In this document: positions 56,262 to 64,000 of the stretch, piece after piece | Position numbering within the stretch: position 1 is the first letter of the stretch | Layout of the letters: each line of letters starts with the position of its first letter | Assembly: GCA_963778945.1 (NCBI GenBank) | Contig: CAVZWL010000005.1 | Location: forward strand, 2,062-66,061 | Direction of reading: 5' to 3' | Source of the DNA: Ignavibacteriota bacterium | Lineage (GTDB): Bacteria; Bacteroidota; Ignavibacteria; UBA10030 | Length of the DNA stretch: 64,000 nucleotides | Made by a program: the position numbers and the translations under genes | The notes under the pieces: model-generated | Told to the model about the DNA's origin: nothing | The model's input: the letters and a program-made list of their open reading frames with translations, nothing else | Databases searched by the model: none

Positions 56262-56372
56262 TTATTTGGTTTTTGCGGTTCTTACTGTTTTGCCTGTTTT
56301 TCTTGGACGCGATTTACCGTGCGACTTCGCAAAAATCTTACCGCGCTTTGAACGTTTATCTCCTTTACCCAT
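56262..56372 (-). CDS. thx: 30S ribosomal protein bTHX (Thx), 36 aa, not in the ORF track
   Basis: MGKGDKRSKRGKIFAKSHGKSRPRKTGKTVRTAKTK*. RBS AAGGAGGT. Confidence 0.9.
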   Translation of the reverse strand: MGKGDKRSKRGKIFAKSHGKSRPRKTGKTVRTAKTK

Positions 56373-56510
56373 TGCATACCTCCTTCCCGTTATTCCATCG
56401 TAGCTGTATTTTCATACTCTAAAATACGGAGTCATAATCAGTCAATCAAGGTTTTTTGATGCTCTTTCTTCTTTCTTTTTGTACCTTTAAAAATCAAGAA
56501 AAAGAGGTCC

Positions 56511-57635
56511 ATGGCAGATTTCGAAATCATTATCATCGGAGGCGGGGTCGTCGGGCTTGCAATTGCCCAGCGCCTCTCTGAAAGACATCCAAACCTTCTG
56601 CTTCTGGAGAAGCATGATCGCTGCGGTATGGAAACATCCAGCAGGAACAGCGAAGTTATTCATGCCGGAATATATTATCGACAGGGAAGCCTGAAGGCCG
56701 CACTTTGCGTTCAGGGACGCGAGGAGCTCTCCGTTCTCTGCAGAAATAAAAACATCCCATACCGAAATATAACGAAAATAATTTCAGCCTCTGCAGAAAC
56801 TGAGCTGACACAACTCGAGAGGATTCAAAAAAATGCAGCTCTCAACGGCGTGCATCTCGAGTTTCTTGATAAGGCATCCACGCTGAAACTGGAACCCAAC
56901 ATCCGAACATTCGGATCTCTCTATTCTTCTCTCACAAGCGTAATCAGCGCCCACGATCTTATGTCGTATTATTATCATAGCGCTTTGGCGCTTGGTGCTA
57001 CGGTCCAAATGCGCTGCGAAGTTGTCGGTATCGAAAAAGGGGAAAGCGCATATAAATTGACGATTGATGAAGGGGGAACGCGGTCTGCGGTTAGCGGAGA
57101 AATCGTTATCAACGCTGCAGGGCTCGGTTCAGACACGATTGCCGCAATGGCAGGTATCGATATCGATCAGGCAGGATACAGGTTGAATTATGTGAAGGGT
57201 TCATATTTTGCCGTCGCGCCGTCGAAATCAAAACTGCTATCCCGGCTTGTCTATCCGGTGCCGCAGAATGAGGGGCTCGGTGTTCATGCATTGCTCGACT
57301 GGAACGGCCGGCTTAAGTTCGGTCCCGATATTGAGTATCTCGGAAACCGTGTCCAGGATTATTCAGTTGCCGAAACGAAACGCAGGACGTTTGCCGATGC
57401 CATCCGGCGGATCCTGCCGATGATTGCTGACGACGATCTTACTCCCGATATGAGCGGCATACGGCCGAAGCTTCAGAGAAAAGGCGAGCCGGAAAAAGAT
57501 TTCGTCATTGCGCATGAAAAAGAGCGCGGCTTGACCGGATTTATAAATCTAATCGGTATTGAATCTCCCGGGCTTACAGCGTCGCCTGCAATAGCCCGCT
57601 TTATAGAGAAGCTTCTGAATGAGGCGGCAGCGTAG
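56511..57635 (+). CDS. FAD-dependent oxidoreductase, L-2-hydroxyglutarate oxidase-like
   Basis: IIGGGVVG, TSSRNSEVIHAGIYY, INAAGL, GIESPGLTA. Confidence 0.88.
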   Translation: MADFEIIIIGGGVVGLAIAQRLSERHPNLLLLEKHDRCGMETSSRNSEVIHAGIYYRQGSLKAALCVQGREELSVLCRNKNIPYRNITKIISASAETELTQLERIQKNAALNGVHLEFLDKASTLKLEPNIRTFGSLYSSLTSVISAHDLMSYYYHSALALGATVQMRCEVVGIEKGESAYKLTIDEGGTRSAVSGEIVINAAGLGSDTIAAMAGIDIDQAGYRLNYVKGSYFAVAPSKSKLLSRLVYPVPQNEGLGVHALLDWNGRLKFGPDIEYLGNRVQDYSVAETKRRTFADAIRRILPMIADDDLTPDMSGIRPKLQRKGEPEKDFVIAHEKERGLTGFINLIGIESPGLTASPAIARFIEKLLNEAAA

Positions 57636-57826
57636 GGGAGGATCGCCGTTCAATGTTCGTGAAGAGATTCCGGATTTTCCCCCTGCAAGGCACAGCGAAT
57701 TGAAAGTCAATCTCCGCGGGTTCCTTCGATATCGAGATAAACCGCATTGAAAAAGGAGGTATCTCCTTCAACCGCGGCGGAGAGTTCCCGTCTTTGAATA
57801 CTTTCAGCGTTACGCTGACTCAATGT

Positions 57827-58372
57827 TCAGCCGGGAATGGACGCTATGGGTCCGACTTTTCTATCTACATTTTCATATTCGTAATGTTCAGCTTCTGAAA
57901 ATTTTTGCAGAGCGGAAGTTATTTGATTCGCTGCATTCGCAATAGATTCTATTTTCTTCAGGAGCGCCGGATCATGCTCCACTGCTCTTTTTGTTTGGTC
58001 GACGGAGAGTGAAATAATTGCCAAAGGATTGTTGACCTGGTGCTGAACGCCTTTAACGACTTCATGCATTGTCGTCAACTGGATGTTTTTCACTTGCAAT
58101 TCTTTTTCCTGGTTGTGAAGTTTTGTCCGGAATTCGATAATTTTAACGAGCGAAACAGCCAGAAGCCACATAAATGGCAAGGCGCTGAAAATGTCATAGA
58201 TATCTCCCGGTGTTGCGCCATGGACTTTTACTTTGATGAAAAGACGCACCATAGAGACAAATAAGTAGCTGTAGATAATGCAGCCCGACAGGACTGCCGG
58301 GTATTGCGCGACAAAATTTATTCCGTACCCGCGCAGCGTGTGAAAATATTTCATCTGAGGATTCCTCTTCAT
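57827..58372 (-). CDS. Membrane protein with HisKA-like domain but no HATPase
   Basis: 2 TM, then VQHQVNNPLAII H-box. The protein ends about 60 aa later. Confidence 0.75.
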   Translation of the reverse strand: MKRNPQMKYFHTLRGYGINFVAQYPAVLSGCIIYSYLFVSMVRLFIKVKVHGATPGDIYDIFSALPFMWLLAVSLVKIIEFRTKLHNQEKELQVKNIQLTTMHEVVKGVQHQVNNPLAIISLSVDQTKRAVEHDPALLKKIESIANAANQITSALQKFSEAEHYEYENVDRKVGPIASIPG

Positions 58373-58582
58373 AGGGAAGCGTTTGACTGCATCACCTGTG
58401 TTTGCGTGTCCTTATGCAGTATATCTTCCGGTTTGAATATCTCCCGTCATTTCGGTTTATGATCTCTTCTCGCTGTGTTTCCGGCCGAGAAACCAGCAAA
58501 CAGGGAGCATGTTCACCATTTGATAATTATTGAATTACTGTTTTATGTTTTTCCATTGCTGTTATCCCCGTATGGATCTTCT

Positions 58583-59902
58583 TTAGTTTCTTGCCGTATC
58601 GAACGGTAAGGGCAGATAGAGGAAGAATGTAGTTCCTTTGTTTTCTTCACTCTTCATATCGACAAATCCGTGGTGTGTTTGCATTACTCCATAAACTACC
58701 GACAAACCGAGCCCGACGCCTTTTCCATGTTCTTTTGTAGTAAAATACGGATCAAATATTCGATATTCGATTTTTGAGTCGATGCCCGTTCCTGTGTCGG
58801 ACACTGAGATGCATACATATCGTTCATGACCTGCTGCAGGGAACCGTTCTTTGATAATTTTCCGGTCGACAGTTTCCGCTTTGATGCTGAGTATGCCGCC
58901 GTTCGGCATCGCATCGCGCGCATTCACACAGAGATTAAGCAATGCCTGATGTATCTGTGTTTGGTCGGCACTGATGAACGGAATATTCCTTTCAATGTTC
59001 CTTCGTATTTCTATCGCTTGAGGGAAAGTCTCTTCCAGCATTGAAACGACTTCGCGCATAAAATTGGAAACATTCAAGGGCTGAAATAAAACATCTGCCT
59101 GCCTTGCAAATGTGAGAATCTGTCTCACGAGAGATGCACCGCGGTCCACAGCTTTTGTGATGGCAGCGCTGCTGTCTTTGATTTTCTTCTTATCGTCAAT
59201 ACCTCTCTCCAAAAGGGATGAGTACGCAAGGATAATTCCAAGAATATTATTAAAGTCATGTGCAATACCGCCTGCCAGCATGCCGATACTCTGTATCTTC
59301 TGGGTTTGCAGGATTTGGCTCTGCAGATTTCGTGTTGATTCTTCATTTTTCAGTATTTCAAGCGCGAAGGAGATATCCTTTGCAAGTTTATCGTAGAGTT
59401 CTATCTCTTCTGTGCCAAAAAAGTCAATTTCATTTGTATAGAGGTTGATTGTTCCGATAACCTTCGCTGCAGCGTGAAGTGGAAAAACTGCCAGGGATTT
59501 AAATCCAAGCTTCAGCGTTTTTTCCCTGCTCTGAAGCGTTCGCTTGTCGTTCTCGATATCCCTGTAGATAATATTCCGGGCTTCTCGAACTGCGGCTACG
59601 GCCGGTTCAATGCATCCCGAAGCGTTTGAAAGGTCAAGCTGCAGGTGTTCAAGATATCCATCGACGGCGCCGGCATATGCGGCAGGCTTCATGATATTCG
59701 CCTTCTCTTGAACAAGCCCGATCCAGCACATGCTTATTTTACCAGCCTCGACTGCAATTCTGCATGATTCTTCAAGTATTCTTTGTTCACTGCGTTCCCG
59801 CAGGAGAAGCCGATTGATATTGCTTACAACGGCATGTGCGCGATTTAATCTGAGACTCTTCAACTCCGCATCGATGCGTTCGGTTTTCTCTCGATTGCTC
59901 AT
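58583..59902 (-). CDS. GAF-domain sensor histidine kinase
   Basis: GAF region, AGGIAHDFNN, NARDAM, FTTKEHGKGVGLGL. No receiver domain. Confidence 0.88.
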   Translation of the reverse strand: MSNREKTERIDAELKSLRLNRAHAVVSNINRLLLRERSEQRILEESCRIAVEAGKISMCWIGLVQEKANIMKPAAYAGAVDGYLEHLQLDLSNASGCIEPAVAAVREARNIIYRDIENDKRTLQSREKTLKLGFKSLAVFPLHAAAKVIGTINLYTNEIDFFGTEEIELYDKLAKDISFALEILKNEESTRNLQSQILQTQKIQSIGMLAGGIAHDFNNILGIILAYSSLLERGIDDKKKIKDSSAAITKAVDRGASLVRQILTFARQADVLFQPLNVSNFMREVVSMLEETFPQAIEIRRNIERNIPFISADQTQIHQALLNLCVNARDAMPNGGILSIKAETVDRKIIKERFPAAGHERYVCISVSDTGTGIDSKIEYRIFDPYFTTKEHGKGVGLGLSVVYGVMQTHHGFVDMKSEENKGTTFFLYLPLPFDTARN

Positions 59903-60331
59903 AGGCCTTCTGCGGGATTGATGATGCTCATCGAAGACCGGACTGCGCATCTTCGTCCGTTCTTATGGCTGCTCATGATGGATTTTCCTGTGTTCGGGAA
60001 ACCGCATCCTTTCGATCATGATGCCCGTCCGTCAAAGAGCCGGAGCGCAGGAGGACAGGGGAAAGGATTATTCGAGAAGTTGAAAATATTTATAAACGCA
60101 GGAGGAAGGAGCAATGACATCAACCCGTTACATTCTCTTGCTGTGTTCATCTTTTTGCTCTTTACCTTTATGCTCTTAAAAGTTTCACGCCTAAACTAAA
60201 ATGGTAACGAGTCTTTCGATGAAAATCAAATACCAACGTACAAATTTGCAGGCATCGCCGGAACAGCCGAATGCCGATAAGACACAAGGTAAAGCATATT
60301 CTTAAGTCCGTTTAAAATGAACGAAGAGAAT

Positions 60332-60364
60332 AAAAAAAGATCCCGCTGCAAACGGGATCTTTTT
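60332..60364. terminator. Intrinsic terminator after fba
   Basis: AAAAAAAGATCCCG-loop-CGGGATCTTTTT. Confidence 0.75.
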
Positions 60365-60384
60365 GCAACATGCACAGAATAGTG

Positions 60385-61378
60385 TTACGCCTTATCGTTG
60401 CTGCCGAGGACGTTTAAGATTTTATGTTTGTATAATGCCTTTAATTGATCGCGTGCCGGACCCAGATATTTACGGGGATCGAATTCAGCGGGGCTGTCCA
60501 CGAACGTTTTGCGAATTGCGGCCGTCATGGCCAATCGGCCGTCGGAATCGATATTGATCTTGCAAACTGCAGACGCTGCAGCCTTGCGGAGCTGATCTTC
60601 GGGGATGCCGACTGCATCTTTCAATTTACCGCCGTTACTGTTGATAATCTTGATCAGTTCGGCCGGAACCGAAGAAGCACCATGCAGAACGATCGGGAAA
60701 CCTGGAATTCTTTTTTCCACGCCTTCAAGAATATCAAAGCGCAGCGGCGGGGGAAGAAGAACGCCGTCCGGAGTACGTGTGCATTGTTCCGGTTTGAATT
60801 TATTGGCGCCGTGGGAAGTGCCGATGGAGATAGCGAGAGAGTCGACGCCGGTTTTCTTGACAAAATCTTCGACTTCTTCCGGTTTTGTATAATGCGTGAC
60901 TGCACTGGAAACTTCATCTTCGATTCCCGCAAGCACACCGAGTTCGCCTTCGACCGTTACATCAAAACGGTGAGCGTATTCCACGACTTTCTTGGTCAGT
61001 TCTACATTTTTATCGTACGGATGATGTGACCCATCGATCATCACGGAGGAAAAACCGGATTCGATGCATGACTGACATAACTCAAGAGTATCGCCGTGGT
61101 CGAGGTGCAGTACCGATAGGAATGGCACAACCCAATTCCTTTGCATATTCCACAGCTCCTTTTGCAAGGTGTTTGAGCAGGGTTTGATTGGCGTATTTTC
61201 GAGCGCCGCTCGAAACCTGGAGTATAACGGGAGATTTTGTCTCGACGCATGCGCCTATGATGGCCTGCATCTGCTCCAGGTTGTTAAAATTGAATGCCGG
61301 AATTGCGTATCCGCCCTTTACGGCTTTTGCAAATAATTCTTTCGAATTGACTAATCCTAATTCTTTATAATGCGTCAT
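60385..61378 (-). CDS. fba: Class II fructose-bisphosphate aldolase (frameshift near 61110)
   Basis: GYAIPAFN, LHLDHG, SSVMIDGS, GTSHGA, VLHGASS, KINIDSD. Confidence 0.93.
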
Positions 61379-61528
61379 ATGATTCGTTCAATTGTTATTG
61401 ATGCCACATTCGTTGCTTAGGGAGAAGTTGCATCCGTGAACGGGTGGCGTTCCGTAACGGACTTCCATTAAAAGTACTCTATAGTGTGTAATAAAGCAAA
61501 CAAAGTTTGGATTATTCCTGTCCCGGCG

Positions 61529-61563
61529 AAAAAAAATCCCCTCAGCATCGAGGGGATTTTTTT
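61529..61563. terminator. Intrinsic terminator after pfk
   Basis: AAAAAAAATCCCCTC-loop-GAGGGGATTTTTTT. Confidence 0.75.
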
Positions 61564-61587
61564 ATAGAATTCGCGTTTTTTTGATAT

Positions 61588-62745
61588 TTAATACAGGAAC
61601 ATCGGTTTGCCGAGCAGGTGGGCAACTTTCGGTCTATATTTATCGATATCGTACAGCTCTTCGACATCGACCCGCTTTTTCCCTTCGGTGATCATGCCCG
61701 CGGAGATAGTTGTATATTTCCCGTCGCGAAGCGCAACCATTCTTCCGGATCGCTTTTGCAGCATCAAGTCGGCAGCGAGATACCCGTATGTTGTCGATAC
61801 CATTCTATCGAGAGCGTCAGGTGCTCCGCTGCGCATGAGGTAACCCAATTGCTGAAACATCACTCCGATCCCGGTTCGTTTTTCGATTGCCCGTGCAATG
61901 AATTCCCCGATGCCGCCGAGTTTCTTATGACCGTAGGCATCTGCTTCGCCGGAAAGGAACATGTCGGCGCCGGCTGGTTTAGCTCCTTCAGAGACTGTCA
62001 TGATGGCGTAATTACTCGGATTTTTCTTTCTATCTTCGATGAGAAAGTCTACAAGTTTTTCTACATCGAAGTCGACTTCGGAAATAATCGCACGATCGAC
62101 GCCCGCAAGATAAGCGGATATAAGAGAAGTCTCTCCCGAATAGCGACCGAACAATTCGATAACCGCGATACGTTCGTGCGATCCGCTCGGCGTACGCATG
62201 GCATGAATAAAATCGACACTGCGCGTTACAGCCGTTGAAAAGCCGATACAGTAATCAGTTCCGTAAACATCGTTATCCATTGTTTTCGGGATGCACACCA
62301 TCGGAAACCCTTCTTTATGGAGCCGTACGGCGTAGCTCAGCGTATCGTCGCCGCCGATAGCGATAAGGCCGTCCAATTTCAAATGCTCCAGCACGCGAAG
62401 AGAATGTGCGGTGCAATCTGCCGGTTCGGTTCCGTTCGGATGCTCAAATTTTCCTTTGAGGAACGCCGGCATGTCTTTCGGTTTTACCTTCCCCGGATTT
62501 GTCCGTGAGGTATGGAGAAATGTACCGCCCGTTCGATCGATGGTGCGAACGACGTTTTTTTCCAAACTAACGATAAGATCTGAGTGCGTAGCAGGATCCT
62601 CCGGATTGTAATGAAGTAATCCGGCCCAGCCCCGGCGCAGACCGAACATTTCATGTCCTTCTTCCGTAATGCGTGTCGCTGCCGCTTTAATGCACGAATT
62701 GAGTCCGGGAACATCCCCGCCGCCCGTTAATATGCCCAAACGCAT
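61588..62745 (-). CDS. pfk: 6-phosphofructokinase, probably PPi-dependent
   Basis: [32 protein letters not shown]. Confidence 0.9.
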   Translation of the reverse strand: MRLGILTGGGDVPGLNSCIKAAATRITEEGHEMFGLRRGWAGLLHYNPEDPATHSDLIVSLEKNVVRTIDRTGGTFLHTSRTNPGKVKPKDMPAFLKGKFEHPNGTEPADCTAHSLRVLEHLKLDGLIAIGGDDTLSYAVRLHKEGFPMVCIPKTMDNDVYGTDYCIGFSTAVTRSVDFIHAMRTPSGSHERIAVIELFGRYSGETSLISAYLAGVDRAIISEVDFDVEKLVDFLIEDRKKNPSNYAIMTVSEGAKPAGADMFLSGEADAYGHKKLGGIGEFIARAIEKRTGIGVMFQQLGYLMRSGAPDALDRMVSTTYGYLAADLMLQKRSGRMVALRDGKYTTISAGMITEGKKRVDVEELYDIDKYRPKVAHLLGKPMFLY

Positions 62746-62994
62746 GTCTTTTAATCCTTTCCTTGTTATGAAAAAAATGATTTTTTTGGTCAGTATAACC
62801 GCAGAAGAAACATCAAAACTATCTTCTAATTAAATCAATGAATAGTTCAAAATCCAGCCTCTTGTGGAAAATTCGACGACCTGAGATGATGTTGCTGCAT
62901 AAATATGCAATGAGTCCTCATTCTTGTCTTTTGTCATACGCTGAAGAAAAGGGAGCGAAATGAGGAGACCTTTCTCTCCGGGCCTGCCGTTACC

Positions 62995-63023
62995 TTGACA
63001 AACCAGCGATTTATGGTTAATTT
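62995..63023 (+). promoter_or_regulatory. Sigma70-type promoter of hrcA
   Basis: TTGACA-N17-TAATTT. Confidence 0.55.
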
Positions 63024-63041
63024 TATTAAGATTTTGCAAAA

Positions 63042-64000
63042 TATGATAGTTGAAAACGAACGCACATCAGAGGAATTGAACGAACGCGAGCAGAGTATTT
63101 TGCGGCATGTCGTTCATAATTATATCCGCACCGCTGTTCCGGTGGGCTCACGCTATATCTCTAAGCATATCGAATCCGGATTAAGTGCTGCATCGATCCG
63201 CAACGTCATGGCTGATCTGGAAGATCTCGGATTTCTTTCGCATCCGCATACATCCGCAGGGCGGATACCGACCGATTTCGGCTATCGTTTTTACATCAAT
63301 TATCTGATGGAGGTTGAACAGCTGTCGGATGAGGAGAAAATGCGGATTCAGGTATATCTGGATCAAGCGAACGACGCTGAAGAAATGCTCAAGGAAACCT
63401 CAAAGCTGCTGGGACAAATATCCCGCCAGTTGAGTATCGTTACGGCTCCTCATTTGAACAGCGGCATATTTGAAAAAATCGAATTGATTCCGATTGCAAG
63501 TTCGAAACTGCTTGTGATCATATCCATCCGCACGGGCATAGTGAGAACCGTCATGATGGAAATCGGCGGGGAGGTGAGGCGCGAATTGCTCGACCGGATC
63601 GGACGGCTCATCAACGAACGCCTGTCCGGGCTGACATTAAAGGAAATTCGCGATACCTTTACGGACCGTGTCCGCGGCATGAATGACGAGAAGACCGGTC
63701 TTGTACGGTTATTTATCGACTCCGTGGATCAATTGTTTACCGATATGAAGGAAAAAGACAGGATCCATATCGGAGGTACAAAAAAATATTATCGAACAGC
63801 CGGAATTCTTCGATCCTAAAAATTTTCGCAGTGTCATCGAATTGATCGAAAACGAAGATATCATCGTCCATTTGCTGGAAAAACATGACGAGCGGCAGGA
63901 AGGATATGTTGTAACGATCGGATCCGAAAACAACGAACATTCGGCAAAAGATTACAGCTTTGTAACCGCAACATACGATGCAGTTGGTGTGACAGGGAGA
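63042..64000 (+). CDS. hrcA: Heat-inducible transcription repressor (frameshift near 63780; runs off the window)
   Basis: YIRTAVPVGSR, SAASIRNVMADLE, HPHTSAGRIPTDFGYRFY. Confidence 0.93.

Overview
64 kb of bacterial chromosome, most likely Ignavibacteria or a related Bacteroidota-Chlorobi lineage. This is inferred from an NFPNPFNP-type T9SS sorting domain, canonical TTGACA-N17 promoters, Shine-Dalgarno sites and ribosomal protein bTHX. The genes are mostly housekeeping and metabolic: gap-pgk, fba, PPi-type pfk, ackA, ald, uvrB, a UvrD helicase, ispG, pepF, hrcA and two-component systems. About 22 genes are split by small indels, which I read as long-read consensus errors rather than true pseudogenes. 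The most interesting signal is non-coding. (1) A ~103-bp MITE with terminal inverted repeats is present in four copies. (2) A RAYT transposase has a tandem palindrome-bounded 81-bp unit upstream, and there are three dispersed GTAG-type REPs. (3) A hairpin element with compensatory base changes, embedded in heptamer repeats, sits at three convergent gene junctions. (4) The left end looks like a decayed integron cassette array. (5) An unannotated promoter and 52-aa membrane peptide are followed by a two-domain structured RNA. The GAPDH resembles the kinetoplastid glycosomal/spirochete clade and ends in -SKL. No rRNA, tRNA or CRISPR array was recognised.
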